DNA of 64,000 bases, taken from positions 1,550,001 to 1,614,000 of the forward strand of contig NC_047081.1 in NCBI RefSeq assembly GCF_902459465.1, given 5' to 3'. Positions 47,700 through 58,806 of the stretch are shown in pieces. The position numbers were made by a program, and so were the translations under genes. Position 1 is the stretch's first letter. Each line of letters starts with the position of its first letter. The stretch is from Asterias rubens (Eukaryota). The notes beneath the pieces were generated by a model. That model saw only the letters and a program-made list of their open reading frames with translations. It was not told the DNA's origin and made no database searches.

Positions 47700-48600
47700 A
47701 CGTTTCTCAGATTGTGTATTCGTTAGTGGGGATTATATAACACCCAAGCAGATCCTTGCCATTTGATTGGAGGATTGTCCGTCACGTGATAGCAAATAAA
47801 AGTACCATTGCACGCTGAGTCACTCGCCGTGCTTTTTCGTTCCATCCGAAAAGTACCATTGCACGCTGGCACGCTGCCAGCGTGCAATGGTACTTTTCGG
47901 ATGGAACGAAAAAGCTGAGTAAAAACATCACTGCGTGCGCGTGTCTTTGGTAACGCAGCAGGTGTTACTGCAAGAAGGCATAATAAAATTACTAGCATTC
48001 GGCTTCTACAGTTGAAATTGTTTGTTTTGAAAGTTGTTTCTTTCAATCAAAATGACAAAGTTCTACTTGGATGTTATATAAAACAAATAATGAATGTTTT
48101 TCATTCGTGCAATGGTGCGAATATGTTCATTCGTTGAAAGCTGGAATGTTCCATTCAACTCGGCTCCGCCTCGTTGAATAGAACATTTTATATAACACCC
48201 AAGCAGATCCTTGCCATTTGATTGGAGGATCGTCCGTCACGTGATAGCAAATAAAAGTACCATTGCACGCTGAGTCACTCACCGTGCTTTTTCGTTCCAT
48301 CCGAAAAGTACCATTGCACGCTGGCAGCGTGCAATGGTACTTTTCGGATGGAACGAAAAAGCTGAGTAAAAACATCACTGCGTGCGCGTGTCTTTGGTAA
48401 CGCAGCAGGTGTTACTGCAAGAAGGCATAGTAAAATTACTAGCATTCGGCTTCTACAGTTGAAATTGATTGTTTTGAAAGTTGTATCTTTCAATCAAAAT
48501 TACAAAGATCTACTTGGATGGCTCCGCCTCGTTGAATAGAACATTCCATCTTTCAACTCATGAACATATTCGCACCATTGCACTCATAAACATTCATTAT
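47700..48600. repeat. Tandem duplication (about 335-bp units, 455-bp period) of a hairpin-type element, each unit with an internal approximately 36-bp-arm palindrome
   Basis: Units 47734-48073 and 48189-48520; palindromes 47832-47914 and 48287-48361. Confidence 0.88.
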
Positions 48601-48690
48601 GTGTATACTATTCTTTTTGCATGGACATCAATGGAGGGAAACACGCAATGGACACGCAATGCAGTTTACAATTTGTTTTATTGAACAGTT

Positions 48691-49079
48691 TTAAATGAAC
48701 ATTACATACTTGGTTTTCGCTATAACAAAACAGTTACTGGCATTGTAATCACTTTATGTATTCCACCAAACACATAAGCTGCAGACATGTAGAAGTTTGA
48801 GATCGATCGGCCATCTGAGTCACGAGAAAAATAGTGAAAAACTGATTACACATGTTGCATGACAAAGCAAATCCGTAAATTAATACAACGCTCACTGAGC
48901 GATAAACTCCGAACGGGTAATTAGTTTCATTTATTTCTCATCAAATACGACCTTCCAGACAGAAATATTTCAAGGTGTGTTTTCAATTATATCATTACTT
49001 TTCTTAGACCATATAAGTTTTATGCCACTCTGTGATCTTCACGATGTGTTTTCTCTCCAATTCTGCAATGTTCCTTTAA
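48691..49079 (-). mobile_element. TTAA-flanked MITE, same family as 24424-24806
   Basis: Shared gagatcgatcggccatct core and aatgttcctttaa end. Confidence 0.8.
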
Positions 49080-49719
49080 AAAAGTAAATGTTATTTCAAT
49101 CTATTAAAAATTAAGTTCACGTGCGCCATGACGCAAATATTAAACGAATACAATGGTAGATAAAAAAATTAAAAAAATCTAGCGTCAATAAAAACCCTGC
49201 CCGCTGTTGAGTTACCGCAGTCTTCTGTTATAATTTGTTCCACATAATTAGTTTTAGTCAATTGTCATCGACGTGACTACAGATGTTTCCCCAGACTGGA
49301 TTAACATAATAATTCACATGGTGCACACAGGTGTCTATACCCTTCCTTGTCAAATAAACTTCAACTACAATCACTGAAATGATTTGAGAGGGGTTACAAA
49401 CAGGGCAAATAATTACTATACAAAATAAAATCAAAACACAAGACGACGACCTGGGCCCGATTTCATAAAGCTGTTTACCGGTAAGCACATTTTTGTGTTT
49501 AATGTCGGATAAGAATGTGCGTAAGCATAACAAAAAAAAATGCACCATGATTTATCGAGTGAGCAGTTTTTTCTTTCAGTATTTTCTCGCATCTTCGACG
49601 ACCGATTGAGCTCAAATTTCCCACAATGTTTTATACCTCTCCCCATTACTCGCAATCAAGAAAGGTTTTATGATGATAATTATTTTGAGTAATTACCAAT
49701 AGTGTCCACTGCCTTTAAT

Positions 49720-49950
49720 GTAAAAGAGTGAAAAAGCACTCTTTGAAGAGCCATATGAAGGACAACTCCTTTTCGAGTGGTCTTCCACTCTTTTAGATTG
49801 AAGTTTGCATATTTTTGAGTGATTTTTCACTCTGTCCTGGAGTGAAACCCCTCTAAAAGAGTGAAATAACCACCACTCTTTTTGAAGAGCCATATGAGGG
49901 ACAGCTCGAAATGTAAAGAGTGGTGTTTTTCACTCTTTTACATTTAGAGA
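49720..49950. repeat. Internally duplicated, palindromic repeat (aaagagtgaaa...cactcttt...gaagagccatatga)
   Basis: Direct and inverted copies of aaagagtg/cactcttt. Confidence 0.6.
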
Positions 49951-51669
49951 GTACGCAAGACTCATCTACCGTATATTTACAAATTTAGTTAGATTTGTAT
50001 CCTCAATTTGAACTAATGTGCAACATTTGAGCGTAGGAACATTACAACAAGTTGCATGTTGCTACTATTATTATGTTTCTGAATGATGGCTACTGTTCAG
50101 TTCATGTTGTTGCCCTTAGATTGTGGAACAACCGTGTACCATAGACTGTGCAAGTCTCGCATCACTATTAATTAATTTAAACTTATGGGACCATCGTGGG
50201 CCCAACCTTATGGAGTTTTACGCAGGGAGATTTTGTTTTGTCCATTATTTTAGTGTAATGTAATTTATGACCTTGAAAATCACTTATGTTGTTAAAATCA
50301 CTTATGTTGTAAATCACTTATGTAAAATGTGATACTAATTAACAACATATGCTCAGTCTATAAGCCTTTTTGAGGTATGGCTGACGTGTTACGAGTGTAC
50401 CGTTTGGTTTGGGAATATACCCACAAATTTACCCAAACCTTAAAGTGTTGTAGCACTGTGTCCGCCATATCTCATAAAGGCTTATTAGGAAAGCATCGTC
50501 TACTGCGTGCGACCTTCAAGCGCCAACTCAAAACTCACATAATTTCACAGCTTATGAGGCACTGTGTATAGAACGCGATATAAATGCATTGCATTATTAT
50601 ATTAAGATACGACTGGGTCCAACTCAAATGACTCAACTGGACTAAAACAGTAAACACCGCCATCTTGAATTTATCGACCACCAAGCGAAACCGATGACTT
50701 TACCATCGACCCCGTTCAAATAACACCGTAGTGTGGGCGATGTGTAACAAGCCGACATTAGATGTAGCCACACCATGGCGATATATCGATCGCTTGAGGG
50801 GGTAATTCTTAATCTCTTTGTCTAACGCCCTCAATCATTCATAAGGTAAACTCAAAAGTGTAATCGATCGAGTACGACGGCTGATGTATGTCCAAACCTT
50901 GCCTCATTACATTTTTTTACTGCCCTTATTCGAACGAGCGTTTTTTATAATTTTTTTTTAAAATCGTACACCCGAAGACAATGCACCGGGCAAAAAGAGA
51001 ATAACATAAGTGAGCGCAAAGTGTTGAAATTGAAAAGTTCTTATTTAAATACTATTTGAGTTAGAGTTGATTGGCGAAATGCAACAGTCGTCGATGAGCC
51101 AATCACCATCCCAAGCTGTTGTTGTATAGCGGTTAACGCTAAGGCCTTAAACCCATCTCGAAGAAAGTTCTCTTTGCAAGATATAAACAAAAATAATGGA
51201 CATTGACAGGTTACTCATTCATCTCTTATAAGAAATTTCCTTTTATTTGCTTTTTTTTGTTTTTTGTTTGTTTTGCTTTCAATGAAAAAACTTCAATTAG
51301 CAGAGTTCTTGCTTTTCGCGCAAGGAGTGTCATTATTGACAGCCATGGCGCCCTAGTTCAACATTGTTATTATTAATTTATTTGATTATATAAACGCCAC
51401 GTTAACAAAACATGAACATTATGAACTTCCTCAGTTTTTTCCCCAATAACTATTGTTTTGAAATAAGCATAGGCCTACGCACTAAAAATCATCAATAGCT
51501 AGATGCAGTTGCAATTCAAAACACATTTTAAACACAAATACACATATTTGTGCTCTTCATTGGTTGTAACTATGCCCCGAACCAACAATAATGACGTCGG
51601 TAATTTTAAGCTTTCGAAACTATTACACATCCTTGCAGTTTATAACTTGTTCTATGGTTTCTGTGCCTC

Positions 51670-52040
51670 GTTATTTTGACTTTGGGACACACATTTTTCA
51701 CATTTTGACACAATAACAATTCATATTTTGGGACAAAATAACATTCACAGTTTGAGACACAATCAATTTAATACTTTTGGACACAATAAATTTCATACTT
51801 TGGGACCTAAACATTTATACCTTTAGACCCAAAAACATAAACATTTGACATCTCAATTTCAAAAAAATCACAATTCGGGACACAATAAATTTCAAGCTTT
51901 GTGACACGATACATTTCACCTTTTGGGGCACGATTAATTTCATATTTTCGGACACAATACAATTCACATTTTGGACAAGGACTTTAATTTAACATTTGGG
52001 GAAACAAAAAGTTCACATCTGACACATAAATGAACCACAT
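51670..52040. repeat. Degenerate minisatellite of about 30 bp (tttgggacacaataacaattcaca-like)
   Basis: About ten imperfect units. Confidence 0.8.
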
Positions 52041-53609
52041 TTCACACATCATATTTCACTTTTTTGGGGCACTTGTCCCCCCCCCCCTCCCTCTCCCCTC
52101 CCTAACCCTTCCCACACACCAAGGGTTCCACGGGCAACATTCCAGTCTGGTACTTCGTACTCCGTCACCCAAAGCATGTGTAAAAGTTCCATCTGTCCTT
52201 GTCTTCTTATCCCATTTATACCCAGTAAGAGTAACTCACTCTCATGTGACTAGAGGGGCCAGACTACTCCCAATTCAGCCTCGTTTCGGTCACCTCAACT
52301 TGTTTACACTTGAATGGGTTTTAAGAACCCAAGATGGCCGCTCGCCTTCCGTCCCCGTACTGTGACCAAAGTGCATGAATAATAATAAACACCCAGGCCC
52401 CACGCTCACTTCTTTGTGTTGTACATTTTGCTTGTATGGGCGGATTAAAACGAGCATTATTGATCGGCGTTTCTTATTTTTCTTTCATGTAGGTTCGCCA
52501 TTGACGAAACGAACGACTGGTTGTTGGCAACTGATACATCCACAGTACAAGAAACAAACTAACACCATCATTAACCAAGTCTAAAAAACTTGTATTCATA
52601 GCGTAATTATGCGACTCTGGTCAGTGACATCCGGTGAAAACTGTGTTTCGTACACCCGCCAATAATTGGTCGCATTGGTCTGGTTCTAGAAGAGCATCAA
52701 CTTCGCTCGTCATCGGAGTTCGTACAAACTATAAACACAACGTAATGTTGCGTAACAAGTTTGGCTGACGTCTTGACTGACCAAGGCACACTCATCATGT
52801 GGAATATACTGTAATAATGTCGGCAAACTTATAGGGAACTAGTCGAGCATTCTTCAAGACCCTTTCAACGAGAACGCGACGAGACACTTGGAAACTATAA
52901 CCAGGGAATGACGAAGCGAAATCGCCATCGCACTAAATTGACATTGTATTCAACAAGGAGGTCATATCTTTATGTTAACTTTTTGCCCAAGGTAGGAAAA
53001 TAAACAAGTCTGGACATCGCTTTCGATAAGCCTTCAAAACGTCATCAAATTCATGCTGTCGTCATATGTTACTGGAGCTTAGATTAAGGAGAACTAACCA
53101 ACTTTAAAAATCAGTATGTCGAGTTGACTCAGGAGGGGGAACACGCGTAAAACATTGACAACTAAAGGGGGACTTCATTATCGGATGGAATTACGCTTAC
53201 CTAAGGATCTATATTTCTTGGTTATCAGACCAACAACGTCACACGCTAAATGGAATGATAAAAGATAGTTTGAAAACTCGTCTGCAACTTCTTCTGCCGA
53301 TTGGGAGCAAAGCTAGTGAGGACGTTTGCAAGAAAGTGAATTGGAGTACACGCTCATAAATTGCCTGTTTTACCTCAAAAAGGGAGAAAGTATCGTGAGG
53401 AAGTACATGACTTTTTTGAACGGATTTGGAGACACTAAATATTTTAAGCCTGTCAAAGTTATTTTACAAATAACTTTTCAGAGGAATGTAAGCCGTGGAT
53501 AAATATTTGAAGTCATCAGATTTGTGTTAGATATTTCGGCTGAAAATGTGTGGGCTTTCAAAAGGAAAGTAGAATTGATTTGAGTAGGATAGTTCACCCC
53601 AAAACAACC

Positions 53610-54285
53610 ATGTTTTTCCAACAATCCCACAATGCGCGTAATGCGGCGGACGAAGCCGACGAGAACGAAATCGGCTCGTACTACCTCGAGACCCCACCGT
53701 GGGCCCACCCGGGGAAGAAGCGTTTCTCCACGGTCAGTGGCATGAGCTCTCGTTCCCGTCGGACTACCGTCGGGAGCTCCGGAGGCACCGATCAGATGAG
53801 CCACTCCCGATCCGGTAGTTTGGAATCCACGCCACCACTCCGGGATGCGAGTAATATTCTCCCCATCGGTCCGGGGTTGTACCTCAGACAGGCTTCGATG
53901 GCCCGTAGCAGTATGGCGCAAGGCCGGCCCAGTTTCTCTAAACCAACCGGTAACCCCGCCTGGAGGTTCATAAAGAGAGTCATGTCCTCATCCTTCGGTC
54001 TATTCCTCTTCATTCAATCCTACCTCTGCATCGGAGCGTTCTGTTTCATGTGGATGGAGGCAGCCAGAGAAGTAGAGCAGTGGAACCTGATGGAGTCACT
54101 GCGGCACAATTTGTCAGCCGAGTTGAACACTTGCTCGGGAAACGAAACATGCCATGTGGATCTCCTTAAAATTTGGGAGCAAAAACTTGTGAGGTTCCCG
54201 CCAATTTACTTAGAGATACAGGAAGGGCGAGTGTGGTCGTGGATTCACTCTTACTACTGCAGCTTTACCATCATATCAACAATAG
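53610..54285 (+). CDS. KCNK: K2P exon 1: Ser/Arg-rich N-terminus, M1, extracellular cap, first part of P1
   Basis: accATG context, M1 FGLFLFIQSYLCIGAFCFMWME, WSWIHSYYCSFTIISTIG, donor G|GTAAGG. Confidence 0.92.
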
Positions 54286-56243
54286 GTAAGGAGGTGTTTA
54301 AAGGGAAGGTACAAGTTGGGTAATTACTCAAAACAAATATTAACTTATGACGAGATTGGAGAGCTTTTGATAGTATAAAACATTGTGGGAAACGACTCCC
54401 TCTGAAGTAATGTAATTTTTGAGAAAGAGGTAAGTTCTCACTAAAATAATGGACTTCTAGCTAAAAGTCTTTTATTTCTATCTGAAAGCACACGAGTTCG
54501 TCCAATAAGGGTGGTTTTTTATATCGTTTTCTCGCAACTTCGATGACCAATTGAGCCCAAATTTTCACAGGCTTGTTATTGTATGCATATAATGGGATAC
54601 ATCAAGTGAGAACACTGGTCTTTGACAATATTACCAAACGTGTACAGTGCCTTTAAGTGTTCTTAATTTTGTATTAAAGACACTGGACACTATACCAACG
54701 GTTTTCGTTATATTGAACGGTTTTCCGTATACGTCGTTTACTAAAAAACAAATATTGACTGCCTTTACTCGTGCAATGGTTAAAACTATGACTCCCTCGG
54801 TGATCCCCGGAGCGTTCTATTTTCCCCCAGCTTCGCCTCGGGAAAATAGAATGCTCCGGGGATCACCTCGGGAGTCATAGTTTTAAACAACGCACTCGAA
54901 GCAGTCAATATTTGTTTACTTCGGAATACACAATCTGAGAAACATATCTGACAGAAACGTTTCTCAGATTTGACTTTGAGGGATCTCAGGTTGGTTATCT
55001 TTTGCATAAAAATGGGATACACCAAGTGAGGAAACTGGACTGTTAGAAACTTATCACCCTCTCTTTAAGCACCAATCACTATGGTGTTTGTGAATGAATT
55101 AATCATTAACACTTCATTTTGAGCAGTATCAGTATGTGCTGTAATGACCGAATCGGTCTATTGACTGATTGGACCAACTTAACGTGTGACTACACTGGCA
55201 TCTGCCACGGTTGCCTTTTTGGCCGCTATATTGCATAGCCATGTAAACCTAAACGCTGCGTCGGTTATAAATTGTGCACTACATTGTACAATACGTTTAG
55301 GACATCTACTCCCAAAGGTGAACTCGACTAAATAGGGCGTCATGGTTTAGAGCATCGAATTTAAGTTCTGGTGTTTTATTCATCGGGGTGTGGGTTCGAA
55401 TCCCGTGGGTTCGAATCAAGACACGTCACTATTAATGTGGCTATAAATGGGTACGTGCGTGGGTAGATGTTGATATGGTGTACGGAAAAGCCACTGAGCG
55501 CCACAGCAGCCAGGGGCTCTATACCTCCCGGGGCTATTTTTTCCCCTTCCCCAAACGACATTGCAATGATTTTGGTAAAATAACAGGCCAATTTCATTAT
55601 GACGTAATTTTGACGGGAAAAGCCAATCACAGCGGCAGAGGGAAAAAAATATTGCAATGTCGTTTGGAAAAAAAAGTTCGCTTCCCGGGGAGCTGAGAAT
55701 TGTTTGCAAGAATGTTATTGGCCCAATGACCAGGGCACTGATGTATCAAACCACATTGATAAAATTATATTAAAACGCGCCATTAGAAATTGATATTGCA
55801 ATCAATGACATTTGACAGATGGGAACAGCAAAAACAAGAGTATGCCATACTATAACTAACATGGTTTTCTTATATTTTGTTTACTTCAGGTTATGGCAAT
55901 GTCACGCCACTGTCGCCCCTCGGACGAATGTTCGCCATTTTCTATGCAGTGATTGGGATACCCCTGATGTTGTTGTTTATAACCGATATAGGCAAGTATA
56001 CAAATCAATTTTGTGCAGAATAAATCTCATGCATTGATATACAGAAAGTAGGATTTGAAACTTTGCATGGTGGAATTACGATATAGTAAGGTTTGCGGTA
56101 TACACCATGTATATGATAATCTCTAATAGTTTGGGGTGGTTTTGAACCGTAGAGTTGCAGAAACAAACTTACAAAAAATGATTCCAAACCATAGCAACCT
56201 CTGAGTAATTATTCCTGAATGTGTACTAAACGAAGGATCATCG

Positions 56244-56301
<58 letters not shown>

Positions 56302-58591
56302 TTTTTTTTTTTTGGGGGGGGGTCAATGAATTGATAATTTATTTACAGGCAGAATTACCAAGAAAGATACGAAGGTTCTACTGGTGTATCACAATAATAA
56401 TTGGTTTCATGGTTTCAATATTTGACTATGCGAGAACACAGTAAAGGGGGTAACCCTGTCTCAGCCATGATCATGGTGGCAACGGCCCCTGGAAAAATAG
56501 TTGATTTGAAGCCCACACCTTGAAGGGACCTTCAAGCCTTGTGTGTCTGGCGACTTCCTTGCTTACCCCAGCCCCCCACCCCCCTCAAAAAGTAAAAAAA
56601 AAAAAAAAAAAAAACGTAATTACATCGTATTCTTTCTCCTCCCTACAGGAAATAAGTTCGCCCGCTGGACCAAAATTGCCGTCATCGCCTTCCGGAAGGG
56701 GAAATACATCTTTTGTCAGCGATGCAAAAGGAGGAAGAAAAAGAAAGGGGAAGACGCTGACTCCAAAGATTCCAGATGTGAGGACGATGATGCTGAGGAT
56801 AAGAACAATGAAACCTCAGGGAGAGGTACTCCTCATATTAGCGATGTGGTCAATACGCGGTTCAACATCCCAGAGGTTCACATCAACATTGCAATGTCAA
56901 CACTCGACGAGGAGTCGTGTGAGGCTGATACCACAAGAGGCGATCGTGAGGTTGAGATGAGGGGTACCAAGGATTACGCCAAGTACGGGTTGGGGAGTCT
57001 GTACCTCGAGCAACAGCAGCAGGCGAACAGCGAGTACGGAGGTTCGAGTACTGGCTGCTTTAATGAGGCTCATCAAGACACTGAACCTCACGGTTCTGAT
57101 AAAGATACACATTTAATAGCAACCGCTCCTCAAACCACCGAGGTACCATTTGGAGGTACTGGCGATCAAAGTGTTTCAGAATGTGGGGAAATAACGAAAC
57201 CGGGTGTGGATTTAAACTATGACGACAGTGTGAGTGCAACGGACGATGATGTGTTTGTGTATCAGAATCTATCGCCGGAAGAGGATGCTGTTTGTCCAAA
57301 AAGAACACCAAAAGATGACACTGCGATGAGCGGCAGGCAGGGTACGGAGTTTCTAGCAGCGGAGATTGCCGGTAACCCTGCCGTAGATTGCGAGGAAATA
57401 ACGGTAGTGGTCGATGAGAGCTTGGAGGAGGAAAACCCCGTAAGGACTGTTGATAGTAGCGAAACAATAGTGACACCAGACGGAACAGGGGAAGGTTCGG
57501 ACGTACATGAAATAGTCGTTGACTCAATGAAATGTGAGAAATGTGGCCAGTACTTGCAAAGTGAACATGTTGTAGACCCAAATGTCGACAACGGACGGTC
57601 GACGGCTGTTGGAAGCAGCAGGAGAAAAAGAAGGAAAGGAATGGTCGATAAGATGCCGAATACACACGCAGTATTATCGAGAAGTAAATCGAAATCTTTG
57701 GAGGATATTTATTGCCTGAGAAACTCGACCGGGCGTGAGTCGAACCGGCCGTCGGTGATGAGAGGAGGTACCGACCGGCGCACCTCAGCGCCCGGTGTGG
57801 TCAGCTTCCGAGCACAGCCCGTCCGGCAGAACGGTCGCTTGCCAAACCACATCCAGGAAAGGACTCGTAGCGACTCTAGTGATCTGGACCACGAACTTCG
57901 GCATACCGACTACGACAGGGAATACCGAGACCGGGCCGCGACCGATTCGGGTGTGGCGTCGTCCAGCTCAAACTCCACCGAGTGCTCACCGAAGCGCCAG
58001 CCGTACTCAGTCAGTGTTGACGTGGCCGGTGGTGAAACAATGGACTCGGGTGATTCCGTCGACGATGATGACGTCGTCAGCGACGATGACGTCATGGATT
58101 CGGACGAAGAGAAGAAGATGAGTAGGTTCCGCCAACGCACTGGCGTGACGGACAGACGCAGCACCATCGGCGAATTCGCCCGGATCTCAGAAGCCGATAT
58201 CGCAATGCTGAGCATTCCGATATGGCTGGCGCTGCTGCTTTTACTCATCTATCTCATATTTGGCGCGGGGTGTTTTGCCGCCATGCAAATGTGGACTTTC
58301 CTGGATGGGTTCTACTACTGTTTCATCTCCCTCAGCACGATTGGTTTTGGAGACCTTGTCTTCCTCCCGCAGAACGTCCACGCCGGGTTGGTCTTCTCCT
58401 TTCTATACTCTTTCTTCGGACTCTGTTTCACCTCCATGTGCATGAGTCTCAGCTCTTTGGAACTCACGCTTCTGTCCAGGAAAATATCTGCAAAGTTTGG
58501 GGTGTACAGCGCCAGAGTCCGACTGCGTTCGGTGCGATGGAAGAGTCGTAGACGGAGGGCTGTCCGCGGCCCGTCCCCAGACCCGAGGTAG
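53610..58591 (+). CDS. KCNK: Two-pore-domain (K2P) potassium channel, TWK-18/KCNK18-like, 906 aa: join of 53610-54285, 55890-55991, 56649-58591
   Basis: Four TM segments and two pore loops (SFTIISTIG|YGNVTP; FISLSTIGFGDL). Phase-1 introns give 2721 nt in frame. Confidence 0.93.
54298..54656 (+). mobile_element. Complete TTAA-flanked MITE inserted 12 nt after the K2P exon 1 donor
   Basis: TTAA|AGGGAAGGTAC...GTACAGTGCCT|TTAA, with internal sequence of the abundant family. Confidence 0.85.
54720..54950. repeat. Hairpin element with cttcgcctc loop (near-perfect arms 54782-54884)
   Basis: aaaactatgactccctcggtgatccccggagcgttctattttccc / ggggaaaatagaatgctccggggatcacctcgggagtcatagtttt. The terminal motif gaatacacaatctgagaaac is shared with 6336 and 47700. 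Confidence 0.8.
55890..55991 (+). CDS. KCNK: K2P exon 2: GYGNVTPLSPLGRMFAIFYAVIGIPLMLLFITDIG (P1 and M2), ending at a GC donor
   Basis: Acceptor ttttgtttacttcag|GT. The only donor in phase with exon 3 is G|GCAAGT. Confidence 0.92.
56245..56322. repeat. (TTG)n microsatellite (about 18 units) followed by poly-T and poly-G in K2P intron 2
   Basis: Direct reading. Confidence 0.95.
56649..58591 (+). CDS. KCNK: K2P exon 3: long cytoplasmic M2-M3 loop, M3, P2, M4, short basic C-tail
   Basis: Acceptor tctttctcctccctacag|GA, IPIWLALLLLLIYLIFGAGCF, WTFLDGFYYCFISLSTIGFGD, stop TAG at 58589-58591. Confidence 0.93.
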
Positions 58592-58618
58592 CGTTAATTA
58601 TATTACAGACATTATACG

Positions 58619-58806
58619 GTTACTGTGGACCCCTTAGACTGGTGCCCTGTCTTTCACTCGTTTAACAGACCAAAATGGTTGTCCAACGCAATCATACCAG
58701 TCTGATTACACGTTTACTGTGGACCCGCTAGACTGGTGCCCTGTCTTTCACTGGTCTTACAAACCCAATGGTTTCCCAACGCATTCATACCAGTCTGATT
58801 CATACA
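58619..58806 (+). repeat. Tandem duplication of about 94 bp at the start of the K2P 3' UTR
   Basis: Two copies of ttactgtggaccc..tagactggtgccctgtctttcact...caacgca.tcataccagtctgatt. Confidence 0.85.

Noticed and set aside
47723-48493. Repeated ORFs of 72-107 aa with a signal-peptide-like stretch (MLVILLCLLAVTPAALP)
   Set aside because: They lie inside a duplicated palindromic repeat element and have no splice context. I cannot support them as genes.
51670-52040. Repeat array of about 30-bp period resembling CRISPR spacing
   Set aside because: The units are degenerate tandem copies without unique spacers, the context is eukaryotic, and there are no cas genes.
53550-53609. Upstream GTG start of the K2P ORF
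   Set aside because: ATG 53610 has a good accATG context; the non-ATG start is an ORF-finder artefact.
56543-56648. N-terminal part of the 682-aa ORF (poly-K, PSPPPP)
   Set aside because: It is intronic poly-A/poly-C sequence upstream of the true acceptor at 56648.
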